64,000 bases of DNA. It comes from an uncultured Bacteroidota bacterium (GTDB taxonomy: Bacteria; Bacteroidota; Bacteroidia; Chitinophagales; Chitinophagaceae). The notes under the pieces were generated by a model that did no database searches, was not told the origin of the DNA, and was given only the letters and a program-made list of their open reading frames with translations. The translations under genes were made by a program, and so were the position numbers. The stretch lies in the NCBI GenBank assembly GCA_903829015.1, contig CAIKOJ010000098.1, positions 1,773 to 65,772 of the forward strand, in the 5' to 3' direction. Position 1 is the stretch's first letter; every line of letters begins with the position of its first letter. Of this stretch, positions 38,627 through 49,008 are shown piece by piece.

Positions 38627-39676
38627 TTAATAATAAGCTATTATTCTTTTTTCCACTCGTACAAGTTGATCATTGTAAAAAAAAGATTTTTTGTTCCAGT
38701 TACCCAGCTTGTCATAATCTTCATAATGAGCGCTTGACACAAATTCAATATTTCCAACAGGCCCGTATGTTGTCGTTTCCTCTTTCTTGAGCAGCGAAAT
38801 ACCATCTTTATCATGCCCATCATAAAAAAATATTGTCTTATTATAAATGCCACCTTCAGGCTTAAAAGCGATCACCTCCACCAAATCTGAATGCTCATTA
38901 TACTTGTATTTTTCTGGAAAATTGCCCGGCAAACACTCCTCAATTTTGTTACCTCTCAGGTCATATTTCCATGTTGAGAGCGAAGTACCTTTAAATGGGG
39001 TCATACTCCTTTCCTCCTGTACCTTTCTACCCTCCTCATATTTATAATGTGTACACAGCGAAAGCACATAGGATTCTCCATTATAACAATCATAATGCTG
39101 CTCTTCTATTACATTCCCCGCTGTATCGTGGCTGTAAATTTCACATTTCTGATAGCGCCACCGGGGTCCACCCAATAATACAGGTTCTTTTCCATTACAA
39201 GCCGGGAACAGGCCAATAAAAGAACGGGTATTCACCTCCGCAAGTCTGCCTTTACTGTCGTAGTGATACGTTGTTCACATAGGCCCACCCCTTATTCCTC
39301 CAGTATTATTCCTCCACTCTTCCACTTTCCTGTTTTTACTATCATATATATAAAACGTACAGCCTTCATCACGAGGCGGATGACAGCCACCTTGTCCATG
39401 GCCTATATAAAACTCTTTCATGAGGTTGCCAGCACTGTCATATTCCCATTCATGCTCAATGTTGCCATTACCGTAAAAAACAGGTTTGCCCCGTTCATCA
39501 AATAAAAATCTGTGTTCACTACGACTAACATCTTTAGTTAAAAGATCGTAATGAACAAAGTCCTCATCAATATACCTCACTTTCCCTTTTAAACTAACCC
39601 CAAATACATTTGTGCTCTCCTGTGCCGTACACAAAAAAGGAAAGAAAAAAACCAATAATAGAGGGAATATTTTCAA
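38627..39676 (-). pseudogene. Secreted YD-repeat-like protein interrupted by one in-frame TGA at 39275-39277
   Basis: The two ORF-track ORFs share a frame and are joined by …GGPM*TTYHYDSKGRLAEVNTRS…; paralogous to 37941-38612. Confidence 0.75.
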
Positions 39677-39728
39677 GCTGGCTTAATTATTTGTACCCAA
39701 ATTTACACCAGGATATGTAAATAAAATC

Positions 39729-40988
39729 TTAAACCAACTCGCTGAGCGCTTTCTCCAGCAGGGCAAGCATCTCCGGTATCTCGGATTTTACGCAGGTACC
39801 CACACTCAGCCTGTACCAGGGCGAATGGAATCCGGCACCAAACGCATAAAACGGTACAATAGCCAGCTTAGCTTTATCCAGAATGTACTCCGTGACCTCT
39901 ACCTGATTTTTAAGCGTTACTCCACCCGCAGTTTTCTTACCTACCAGATCCAGTTTAATGGTCAGATACATAGCAGCCTGCGGTACTATTGACTCAACGG
40001 GGAGCCCCTTCTTGTTGAGGATCACCAAGCCTTTGTAAATATCCTCCAGACGGACTTTCAGCTCGCTTTTGAAATTGAGCAAATGCTTTGAAACAGCTTC
40101 TTTCTGCACCAGGAAATTAGCAGTTGCTTTTTGCTCTGCCATGGGTGCCCATGCCCCAATGTGGCTGAGCAGTGCTCTCATTTTTCCCATCACATTTGCA
40201 GGCCCCATTGACCAGCCTACCCGCACTCCGGTTGCGGCAAAGGATTTGGAGATACCGTCTATGAAAATAGTATAGTCCTTCATTGCCGGGCGCAGTGCCA
40301 CAGGGTTGTAATGTACGGTGTCGTTATATGTAAGTAACGCATACATCTGGTCAAACATCAGGTATAATTTCTTCGTTGTTCCGGTGCGCTTTTTATTTTC
40401 TTCCAGTATCAGGTTACATATGCCTTCCAGCGTTTCTTTCGACATGGTGGTGCCGGTTGGATTCTGCGGTGTGCAGATACAAACCAGTGCCGCGCCAGCT
40501 ATGTGTGGCTGAATATCTGCAACTGTAGGCATGAAATTATTTTCGGGGTGGGCATCAATGGTACAGTGAACGCCATGGTTCATTGCCGTATAGTGGTTGT
40601 TGTTCCACGAAGGCACTGCATAGATCACCCTATCATCTTTGTCAACAATAGCCTTAAACGTAGCATATATCAATGGGCGCCCGCCTGATGCTACCTGAAT
40701 TTCGTTGGGCAGGTAATGTACTTTAGCATGGTCCTGTATGAAATCAGAAATGGCAGTCCTTAATTCCGGCAGGCCATCGGCAGGTGGGTAATTTGTATAA
40801 TGCGCTTTATAACACTGTATTATTTCCTCTTCCAGTTCTGTGGGTATCGGGAAAATTCCGGGATCAAAATCGCCTATTGTGAAGTTATAAATTTTTTCTC
40901 CCTCGCGTACTCTCTTGCTGATCTCATTACCTAGTTTTACGATTTCCGATCCTATCAAAGATTCTGCAAGCTGGCTCAACGTACTCAT
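39729..40988 (-). CDS. Class I PLP-dependent aminotransferase (aspartate aminotransferase-like)
   Basis: CTPQNPTG, FDQMY and GISKSFAATGVRVGW motifs. Confidence 0.92.
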   Translation of the reverse strand: MSTLSQLAESLIGSEIVKLGNEISKRVREGEKIYNFTIGDFDPGIFPIPTELEEEIIQCYKAHYTNYPPADGLPELRTAISDFIQDHAKVHYLPNEIQVASGGRPLIYATFKAIVDKDDRVIYAVPSWNNNHYTAMNHGVHCTIDAHPENNFMPTVADIQPHIAGAALVCICTPQNPTGTTMSKETLEGICNLILEENKKRTGTTKKLYLMFDQMYALLTYNDTVHYNPVALRPAMKDYTIFIDGISKSFAATGVRVGWSMGPANVMGKMRALLSHIGAWAPMAEQKATANFLVQKEAVSKHLLNFKSELKVRLEDIYKGLVILNKKGLPVESIVPQAAMYLTIKLDLVGKKTAGGVTLKNQVEVTEYILDKAKLAIVPFYAFGAGFHSPWYRLSVGTCVKSEIPEMLALLEKALSELV

Positions 40989-41168
40989 AACATCCTTATT
41001 TTGACAGAGAAAGATAAGAATTTATTTGCAAAATGATGCCTAGAGCTTTGATGTTCAAGTGAATGCATGTGGTGTGGCTTTTCCTTAAAGCCGATCCCAG
41101 ACCATTTGTGGTCATAGCCTAAAGCTCCTTTAAAAGAGTTATGGTTAAGCGCCGAATTGTCTAATTGT

Positions 41169-41684
41169 TCAATTGTCGCATCTTAGCCATTTTTTCATTG
41201 CCGGATACGTGAATTCGTCTGCTTCTATGCCAATTTTGGGCTCTTTAGTGAGTCCCATCCACTGTAGCAGCGGTACGCCCAGATAGTGTCCTTCGCTGAA
41301 ATTTTCAATTAGGTTTGCCGAGCCGTCTTTGTATCCTTCTTCGTGGAAAAGCACTTCGGCAGGCAGCTGTAAGTGCTTCAACGCTGCCCACGACCATGCG
41401 ATTGCGCCCATTTCTGCACCACCAGGGTCCATACTGCCGCTTATGTTATCTGGCCCTGCCACTTTTCTTTCATCAGGTATTATGACAGCAAGGTGACCGG
41501 CCTCATGTATCAGATCGCCCGGATGTTTTACTAGGTCATAATTGTAAGTTATGCAACCATTTTCTATGTGCATGCCCGGCAGAAAGGTGTCTTCAGGTAT
41601 TTCGCCTTCCACGCATACCAGCCCAATATCATTAATGAAAGTGGTAATTTTGCTAATAAGTTCTTTTTTGTTCGGATATTCCAT
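41169..41684 (-). CDS. Hypothetical protein with HExxH motif (zincin-like)
   Basis: PGDLIHEAGHLAV followed by a downstream Glu in AEMGAIAWSWAA; start likely ATG 41684. Confidence 0.7.
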   Translation of the reverse strand: MEYPNKKELISKITTFINDIGLVCVEGEIPEDTFLPGMHIENGCITYNYDLVKHPGDLIHEAGHLAVIIPDERKVAGPDNISGSMDPGGAEMGAIAWSWAALKHLQLPAEVLFHEEGYKDGSANLIENFSEGHYLGVPLLQWMGLTKEPKIGIEADEFTYPAMKKWLRCDN

Positions 41685-41909
41685 AATTGACTTTCTGTTG
41701 AATGCGGGCAATATGCCGCCTTGATAGAAACTGTATTTTGTAAAAATAATAAAGTCGGATAATATCCGATAGATTGGTTATTAACGGTTGTTTCTTAATA
41801 TTCTGTTTGGGGCTATACATACAAACAACATTCGTTTTTTAACCTTCCATTCACTTTCCCATAAATAAGACTATTTGAAAAATAGGTATCTTCCGTTTTT
41901 ATTATCAGG

Positions 41910-43187
41910 ATGGTGGCTATGAGATCAAGGTTTTTATTGCTTTTTATTTTTGCTTCGTTTATTGTTCAAACCAGTGGCTTTGCTAATAAGCTGTTCATTC
42001 CGATGGATGCAGATGGTCAGCGCAACCATCTGAAAGCCTATGGTGTTGCCTATGCTGCACTTAAGCTGAATATCACTGTAGATTGGCTGCTGAATTACAA
42101 GGGAGGCAGTTTTTGCATGGAATATACTGAGACTATGGTGCGCCTTTGCAAACTTAGGGGCGTAAGCTATGAGGTTATAGGCGATGGTCAGTATGGCGGG
42201 ATACTCAATGAAATTGCCAATCCGGATTTTAACGGTGATATTATAAAACTGGAAAAGGCTCCGAGGATTGCGGTATATACACCACCTAACAAGGAGCCAT
42301 GGGATGATGCGGTGACAATGGTGCTTACCTACGCAGAGATTCCGTTTGATAAAATTTATGATGATGAATTGCTGGCCGATGCACTTGCCAAGTACGACTG
42401 GTTGCACCTGCACCACGAAGACTTTACCGGCCAGTATGGTAAGTTTTGGGGCCAATACAGGCTGGCTGCGTGGTACCAGAATGACCAGAAGTCGGCAGAG
42501 GCGATGGCTGCAAAGCACGGTTTCAAAAAGGTATCTCAGTTAAAACTTGCTATTGCAAAAAAGATCAAGGATTTTGTTGCAGGCGGTGGTTATATGTTCG
42601 CCATGTGCTCTGCTACAGACAGTTATGATATTGCGCTTTCGGCAGAAGGTGTTGATATCTGTGATGTGCCATTTGATGGGGATGCGATGGATCCGAATGC
42701 GCAGTCTAAATTAGAATACGCCAACACATTTGCTTTTAAAGACTTCAGGTTAGTGACAAACCCTGTTGAGTACGAATACTCCAATATCGATAACACAAAC
42801 TTCCGCAGAGTGGATATGCGAGTGGATTATTTCACACTTTTTACTTTTTCGGCCAAGTTTGATCCGGTGCCATCTATGCTCACGCAAAACCACACCACTA
42901 CCATTAAAGGATTTATGGGGCAGACCACTTCGTTCCGTAAAGAAGTTCTTAAGTCGGGCGTACTGGTAATGGGCGATTTTAAACTGGCCAATGAGGCGCG
43001 CTATATTCATGGGGAGTATGGTAAAGGCACATGGACATTCTATGGTGGCCACGATCCGGAAGACTATCAGCACATGATCTATGATCCGCCAACTGACCTG
43101 GACCTGCATCCCAGTTCTCCGGGTTACCGGCTGATACTCAACAATGTACTTTTTCCGGCGGCTAAGAAAAAGCCAAGGAAAACCTGA
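41910..43187 (+). CDS. Conserved Bacteroidota secreted protein (often auto-labelled asparagine synthetase B), GATase-I-like fold
   Basis: Signal peptide, QRNHLKAYG, LHLHHEDFTGQYGKF, FAMCSATD and FYGGHDPEDYQH; no AsnB N-terminal Cys or PP-loop. Confidence 0.75.
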   Translation: MVAMRSRFLLLFIFASFIVQTSGFANKLFIPMDADGQRNHLKAYGVAYAALKLNITVDWLLNYKGGSFCMEYTETMVRLCKLRGVSYEVIGDGQYGGILNEIANPDFNGDIIKLEKAPRIAVYTPPNKEPWDDAVTMVLTYAEIPFDKIYDDELLADALAKYDWLHLHHEDFTGQYGKFWGQYRLAAWYQNDQKSAEAMAAKHGFKKVSQLKLAIAKKIKDFVAGGGYMFAMCSATDSYDIALSAEGVDICDVPFDGDAMDPNAQSKLEYANTFAFKDFRLVTNPVEYEYSNIDNTNFRRVDMRVDYFTLFTFSAKFDPVPSMLTQNHTTTIKGFMGQTTSFRKEVLKSGVLVMGDFKLANEARYIHGEYGKGTWTFYGGHDPEDYQHMIYDPPTDLDLHPSSPGYRLILNNVLFPAAKKKPRKT

Positions 43188-43232
43188 TCGTGAGGGCATT
43201 ATTTTCCTGAAAAATCTGCTAATTTTACCTTT

Positions 43233-43685
43233 ATGTCTTCAGAGAACAAAAAGCCATTCGCGCTCACTGCAATGTTTACAATGAAATGCCCTAGCTGCAG
43301 GAAGAGTAATGTGTTTGTTAACAAAAGTATGTTCCCGCTTGAAAAACTGGTTGTTTTGAAAGATGAATGCGAGGTGTGTGGTGAGCGACTGAAATCAGAA
43401 AAAAATAATGGAGGCGGAATTAATTATGCACTCACCATGATCTTGTTTTTTCTTAACCTCTTGTGGTATTGGCCAGTATTCGGATTGTCGTACAAAGATG
43501 AGCCAGGGGTATTGGGGGGCGCTAACAGTATTTTCTATTACCTGGTTATCAGCACAGCAATTGTGTTGCTGGCACAACCTTATCTGATGCGGCTTTCGCG
43601 CATGATGTACCTGTATCTATATATAGGTTTTGGCCACTCAAAAAGAGTAGACACGACGCCCAATTCTTCCTCCGATACAATCTGA
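43233..43685 (+). CDS. DUF983 domain membrane protein
   Basis: CPSC...CEVCG zinc-ribbon pair, two TMs, PYLMRLSR. Confidence 0.8.
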   Translation: MSSENKKPFALTAMFTMKCPSCRKSNVFVNKSMFPLEKLVVLKDECEVCGERLKSEKNNGGGINYALTMILFFLNLLWYWPVFGLSYKDEPGVLGGANSIFYYLVISTAIVLLAQPYLMRLSRMMYLYLYIGFGHSKRVDTTPNSSSDTI

Positions 43686-43856
43686 TATTTTTAATCTTCA
43701 CGTTTTTTTAACAGCCTGATGCAATACTGCAGCGGCTTTCGGCGTTTAATCTATGCAGTGGATGGTGTTTACCGTTAAAACAATTCCACTCACCGATTTT
43801 TAATTTTTGTCTAACAGTTGGCACGATATTTTTGTACCAATAAAAAATGAGACGCT

Positions 43857-44075
43857 ATGGAAAACAACACAAATCAGCACAACAACGTTTTTAGTTTCAC
43901 ATTTGCAGGAGCATTACTCTTCGTTGCAGCATTTGCTTTTACAATGGCCTACTTTTCAAAACTAGTGATGTTTGAATTTTCGTACATGGCTATTGCTGCT
44001 GCATTAATGGCATCTTCCGTTTCTTTGATTTACAGAGCGGTGAAAAATGACCGTTACCGGCTTGAGCATGTGTAA
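43857..44075 (+). CDS. Small hypothetical two-TM membrane protein
   Basis: 72-aa ORF with two hydrophobic helices. Confidence 0.55.
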   Translation: MENNTNQHNNVFSFTFAGALLFVAAFAFTMAYFSKLVMFEFSYMAIAAALMASSVSLIYRAVKNDRYRLEHV

Positions 44076-44159
44076 CAGTGTTGGGTGCTTTGGTTCTGCT
44101 AAAACGGCAGGATTGATGCCGCAATAACAGCAAAATACCGCTATATTTGAGGAGTCAGT

Positions 44160-45416
44160 ATGAGCGGTAAACAACTCGAAACTTCAGTGATCATTATAGG
44201 AGCCGGCCCGGCGGGTGCAGGCTCCTCTTTTTTTCTATCCAAATACGGAATTCCCCACGTAATCATTGATAAAGAAACCTTTCCGCGTGATAAAGTTTGT
44301 GGCGATGCCTGCAGCGGAAAGACAGCGTTGGTGATCAACAGGGCGAACCAGGAATGGCTTAGTGAAATACTCAATGATGCACAAACGTTTATGCCATCGT
44401 GGGGTATTACTTTTATAGCGCCCAACGGCAAGCCACTGGATATTCCGTTTACTACCAACCGCACAGCTACCACCAAGGCGCCAGGATTTACGGTGTCGCG
44501 GATGGTGTTTGATAATTTTTTATTCAGTAAGATCGCCTCTCCATATGCATCTGTTTATCAGGGAGCAACTGTTACAGATATTGATAAAAAAGGTGACAAG
44601 GTGGTAGTGCATATGCTGCATAACAATGTAGAATATTCCATCAATGCGCCTATTATTATCGGAGCAGATGGTGACAAAAGCATGGTCAGGAAAAAGTTCC
44701 TGAGCGAACATACCACAGCAAAAACATCGGCGATTGGTTTGCGGGCCTATTACGAGGGTGTTACGGGCATGCACCACGAGAATTTTATTGAACTCCATTT
44801 TCTAAAGGAAGTATTGCCGGGATATCTTTGGATATTCCCTCTGCCCAACGGGCAGGTAAATGTTGGAGTGGGGGTGCTTTCGGAGCGTATACGCGAAAAG
44901 AAAATAAATCTGCGTCAGCAGATGTTGGATGCTATCACAAATAACCCGCAGATCGCGCCGCGGTTTGCGAATGCCCGGTTGGTGGGTAGTATTCAGGGTT
45001 GGGGTTTGCCATTGGCTATGCACAGGCAGCCCATGTCGGGCGAAAACTTTGTATTGGTGGGTGATGCTGCCAGTTTGGTTGATCCGTTTAGCGGTGAGGG
45101 AATAGGAAATGCTTTGTACAGCGGTATGCTGGCTGCCGCAGCCATTAAGGATGCGGTTGAAAAAGGTGATTACTCGGGCTCTTTTTTTAGCAGTGCATAT
45201 GACGATGTACTGTATAAACGACTGGGTGATGAGTTCAGGATCAGTACCATACTGCAAAAGCTGTGTAACTATCCCCGTTTATTCAATCTGGTGGTGAACA
45301 AGGCCTACAAAAGTGAGTCGTTGCGCAATACTATCAGCAGTATGTTTACTGATATGGACCTGAGGGCGCAGTTGAGCAAGCCTTCGTTTTATCTTAAAAT
45401 ACTGTTGAACAAGTAA
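44160..45416 (+). CDS. Geranylgeranyl reductase family FAD-dependent oxidoreductase
   Basis: IIGAGPAG, FPRDKVCGD, GADG, YLWIFP and LVGDAA...GEGI motifs. Confidence 0.9.
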   Translation: MSGKQLETSVIIIGAGPAGAGSSFFLSKYGIPHVIIDKETFPRDKVCGDACSGKTALVINRANQEWLSEILNDAQTFMPSWGITFIAPNGKPLDIPFTTNRTATTKAPGFTVSRMVFDNFLFSKIASPYASVYQGATVTDIDKKGDKVVVHMLHNNVEYSINAPIIIGADGDKSMVRKKFLSEHTTAKTSAIGLRAYYEGVTGMHHENFIELHFLKEVLPGYLWIFPLPNGQVNVGVGVLSERIREKKINLRQQMLDAITNNPQIAPRFANARLVGSIQGWGLPLAMHRQPMSGENFVLVGDAASLVDPFSGEGIGNALYSGMLAAAAIKDAVEKGDYSGSFFSSAYDDVLYKRLGDEFRISTILQKLCNYPRLFNLVVNKAYKSESLRNTISSMFTDMDLRAQLSKPSFYLKILLNK

Positions 45417-45561
45417 CATCGGGATTCACAGAATGATCCTTAGGTCAAAAGCAATTGAATTATTTTTAAGAAACGCACTAACTTGACTTCTGAATCAATT
45501 CGTAAATAATAGACGAGTTAAATTCTGGTTACTTAGTTACCTTTGTGTCAATGACAAAACT

Positions 45562-46659
45562 ATGACAAAATACAGCAATGTACGAGCAATGCGAGCCCTG
45601 GTAACGGCAAGCCTGCAAGCCATTTTTAAAACACCCTCTGCGATATTTTTTGCATTTGCGTTCCCGCTTGTGTTTATACTGGTATTTGGTACTATGGGTA
45701 ATGGCTCAGGTTTCAGCATCAGGGTAGCCAATGCGCCGGGATGCGATACCACGAGCAGCCTCTATGCGATACTGCACCGTGAGCCTGCGCTAAAATGGGT
45801 AGCAAAAGATACCACAGAGATCAAAAGAATGCTGAAAGACGGTGATATTGTTGCTACAATTGATATTCACAAACAGCCTGACGGAGTCAAACCTGAGTAT
45901 AATATTTTGATAAATGCTGCCTCTTCAGAACGAGATAAGGCAGGGCAACTGAAAAATATTCTAACTGAGATCATTACCCGGCAAGACCCAGAAGTAAGAA
46001 AACGTGTTGCAGAACTGGTAGAGGTGAACATACATGAATCTAAGGTGCGGGAATACAAGACCATTGATTTTATATTGCCTGGTCAGTTGAGTTTTTCTTT
46101 GCTGGCCTCGGCTGTTTTTGGAACTGCTTTTGTTTTCTACAACCTCAGGCAGACATTGGTATTGAAGCGTTTCTTCGCTACTCCGGTGCGCAAGGAGATA
46201 ATTGTAATAAGTGAAGCAGTGGCTCGCATGGTGTTTCAGTTGATGAGTGTGATTGTGATAATAGGTGTAGGTTATTTTGCATTCGGTTTTACACTGAACA
46301 ATGGGTTTGCCACGTTCATGGATATGTTTTTAGTGAGTGCGCTTTCTATTATGATATTTATGGGCTTCGGATTTATTATCAGCGGTGTAACCAAGAGTGA
46401 TGCGTCCATTCCGGTATTCTCGAACCTGATAGTGATGCCGCAGATGCTGTTGGCGGGTACCTTCTTTTCTATAGACGTATTCCCTAAATGGATACAGCCT
46501 TTTTGCCGTGCGCTGCCGCTGTCTTACTTAAACGATGCTTTTCGTAAGATATCGTTTGACGGAGCAGGGTTATGGGAGGTGAAGACCGATATATTTGCGC
46601 TGCTGGTATGGGGTGTGGTTGTATACGCCATAGCAGTGAAAACTTTTAAATGGGAATAA
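45562..46659 (+). CDS. ABC-2 type transporter permease
   Basis: N-terminal TM, soluble loop, five C-terminal TMs, GTFFSI..FPKW..P..ALPLSY; TACCTTTG promoter at 45538-45545. Confidence 0.88.
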   Translation: MTKYSNVRAMRALVTASLQAIFKTPSAIFFAFAFPLVFILVFGTMGNGSGFSIRVANAPGCDTTSSLYAILHREPALKWVAKDTTEIKRMLKDGDIVATIDIHKQPDGVKPEYNILINAASSERDKAGQLKNILTEIITRQDPEVRKRVAELVEVNIHESKVREYKTIDFILPGQLSFSLLASAVFGTAFVFYNLRQTLVLKRFFATPVRKEIIVISEAVARMVFQLMSVIVIIGVGYFAFGFTLNNGFATFMDMFLVSALSIMIFMGFGFIISGVTKSDASIPVFSNLIVMPQMLLAGTFFSIDVFPKWIQPFCRALPLSYLNDAFRKISFDGAGLWEVKTDIFALLVWGVVVYAIAVKTFKWE

Positions 46660-46718
46660 CACCCGACGCTTCCATAAACGTGGATTTTACTTTTTAATTT
46701 TACTTTTTAACTTAGCAT

Positions 46719-47171
46719 ATGTCTCAGCTTGTGATATATACCGATGGTGCTGCAAGAGGCAATCCGGGGCCGGGTGGCTATGGTGCTGTGCTGCATTGGG
46801 GCAACACGATCAAAGAGATATCGGGCGGATTTAAACATACTACCAATAACCGTATGGAGCTTGTGGCGGCCATTGAGGCTCTTAAGCTTTTGAAGCGCGA
46901 CGGGCTTGACATAACTATCTACAGCGACTCGGCTTATGTAGTAAACTCCGTTGAAAAAAGGTGGGTGTTCAACTGGGCGAGAACAGGCTACAAAGGCAAG
47001 AAAAATGCCGATCTGTGGGCACTGTACCTGCAGCTACACAAGAAGCACAAAATCAAGTTTGTATGGGTAAAGGGTCATGCCGATAATCAATGGAATAACC
47101 GCTGTGACATACTCGCTACCTCTGCCGCCGATGGTCGCGATCTGAAAGAAGATACAGGGTTCGAGGGCTGA
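46719..47171 (+). CDS. rnhA: Ribonuclease HI
   Basis: YTDGAARGNPGPGG, TNNRMEL, SDSAYV and WVKGHAD..WNNRCD motifs. Confidence 0.96.
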   Translation: MSQLVIYTDGAARGNPGPGGYGAVLHWGNTIKEISGGFKHTTNNRMELVAAIEALKLLKRDGLDITIYSDSAYVVNSVEKRWVFNWARTGYKGKKNADLWALYLQLHKKHKIKFVWVKGHADNQWNNRCDILATSAADGRDLKEDTGFEG

Positions 47172-47185
47172 ATTAAAGCTGAGCC

Positions 47186-48736
47186 TTATTTCTTCTCGGG
47201 TGTCTCCGTTTTTTCGGGAGGAGTCTCGGTTTTCTCAGCAGGCGGTGTTTCGGGCTTGTCTTTGTTTTCCGGTTGTTCCGGTGCCGGTTTTTCGTCTTTT
47301 GCCTTACGTTTTGCCTCTCTCTTTTCTTCTTTTTCCTTACGCCGTTTTTCTTTCTTCGACATTTCAGGCGCCTTTGGTTCTTCAGGCTTTACCTCTGGTT
47401 CTTTCTTTTCGGCGGGAGCATCCGGTTGTTTAACCTCAGGCTGTGGCTGATCGGGAGCCTTTATTTCGGGCTCTTTTGTTTCAGGTGCTTTGGGTTCATC
47501 GGGATTAACCAATGGAGCCATTGCATTGGAATCTACAGGTGTTTCAGTCTTTGGTCCTTCCAGTGCCTTCTTTTCCTTTTCTTTCTTTTCGGCTTTTTTC
47601 TTCTTCCGCAATTCGCGCTTGCTCAGGTGCTCTGGGGCGGGCTTGCCGGCATTGGTATCAACTACGATCAGTGTACTGTCTCCGCTTACGAAATTACCGG
47701 CGCTGTCGAGCGTTATAAACACATTGTTATTAATACTGTCTTCTGATAAAATATTGAACGGATGGTCTTTTCTGTATTGTTTTTCAACAATATCCATGAA
47801 CTCGGGCACCTCGCCTATGCCGTTAGTAACCAGTGAATCTTCTCCAGATCCCGTCTTGATCTTCTTCTTCCTGATCTTGCGGCCTATCTCGTCTTTGTGC
47901 TGATAGAACGGAAGCATAGTAACAATCTTACGTTCTTTATAAAACAGTGTGTTGTACTTAGTAGTAGGCAATGCCACACCAATACTACCTACAACCGAAT
48001 AGATATTCAGGTTTTGATCGGCGGTGCCGTTATATATTTTCAGGCCACTGAAAGCGGCGTAGTTGTATTTGCCGGCGATCTCTACAAATCCATAACGGTA
48101 CAAAGTAGTTCTGATGGCCATTTCGCCGCCGAGCGTCCAGCCGCTCCATTTAAACTGCGGATTATCAACAGGGTTTACAGGAATACTGCTGGTGAAATGC
48201 GGCAACGCGGGCCCAACACCTGCTTTGCCCAGAATGTCTACGCGAACGCTTTTGGCATTGTTCTTAAAGATCTGGTAGCGCTTAACAAAGCTCATCATGA
48301 ACAGATTGGCTCCACTAAAATGGTAGTAAGAGCCAGTTGCGGATGACATGAGCAATGTGCTGTTGACACCGATAGTATTGTTGTAAGTGCCTTTTATCTT
48401 CACCAACTGGTTGTCGGCTATGGCGTAGTTAAAAGGATCGAAGCTCACTTCAAGGGCAATTGTCTGGCGGTCATCGAAAAAGTAGCCTAGTCTGTAGTTG
48501 AGTTGTGTTGCAGAAATGGCAGTGTTGGTTTTGTTATTCCCCTTCACACCGGTCATGGAGTAGCTGTTACCTATCTCGCCCTGCTCTATACGGATGCTGC
48601 TTTTGCTGTACCACGACTTATTGTATCCGGCGCTTAAATAAAACGAACCCCATTGTGCTGATGAGGTGAACGGAAGTATTTCACATAGCAAAAAAAACGA
48701 AAGTAAAAAAGCAATAAAGTTGTTCTTTAACCCCAT
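47186..48736 (-). CDS. Hypothetical outer-membrane beta-barrel-like protein with K/E/P-rich C-terminal tail
   Basis: Signal peptide, alternating Gly/aromatic strands to about residue 260, then low-complexity charged tail. Confidence 0.65.
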   Translation of the reverse strand: MGLKNNFIAFLLSFFLLCEILPFTSSAQWGSFYLSAGYNKSWYSKSSIRIEQGEIGNSYSMTGVKGNNKTNTAISATQLNYRLGYFFDDRQTIALEVSFDPFNYAIADNQLVKIKGTYNNTIGVNSTLLMSSATGSYYHFSGANLFMMSFVKRYQIFKNNAKSVRVDILGKAGVGPALPHFTSSIPVNPVDNPQFKWSGWTLGGEMAIRTTLYRYGFVEIAGKYNYAAFSGLKIYNGTADQNLNIYSVVGSIGVALPTTKYNTLFYKERKIVTMLPFYQHKDEIGRKIRKKKIKTGSGEDSLVTNGIGEVPEFMDIVEKQYRKDHPFNILSEDSINNNVFITLDSAGNFVSGDSTLIVVDTNAGKPAPEHLSKRELRKKKKAEKKEKEKKALEGPKTETPVDSNAMAPLVNPDEPKAPETKEPEIKAPDQPQPEVKQPDAPAEKKEPEVKPEEPKAPEMSKKEKRRKEKEEKREAKRKAKDEKPAPEQPENKDKPETPPAEKTETPPEKTETPEKK

Positions 48737-49008
48737 TTTTTGATATTAGTTGCCAAAAATAATGTTTTATCAAGTATGAATTACAAAAGCGGGTAAACAG
48801 AATAGCTATATCTATCAACATTAACAGATAAATAATACCCGCAAAAAACGGGTATCATTAAATATCATGTTGTTAATAAGCTGTAAAGATATATTTTTTC
48901 ATCCTATTTTCCTACAGTGTACATAAGTACGGCATATAATTAATTATGCCTTTACTCTACTTACCACAATCTGGTAACAGGAATACAAAAACCGTGCTAA
49001 CCTCTGAA

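Noticed and set aside
39275-39277. Selenocysteine TGA
   Set aside because: The protein is not a redox enzyme, no convincing SECIS hairpin follows the codon, and there are no sel genes in the window.
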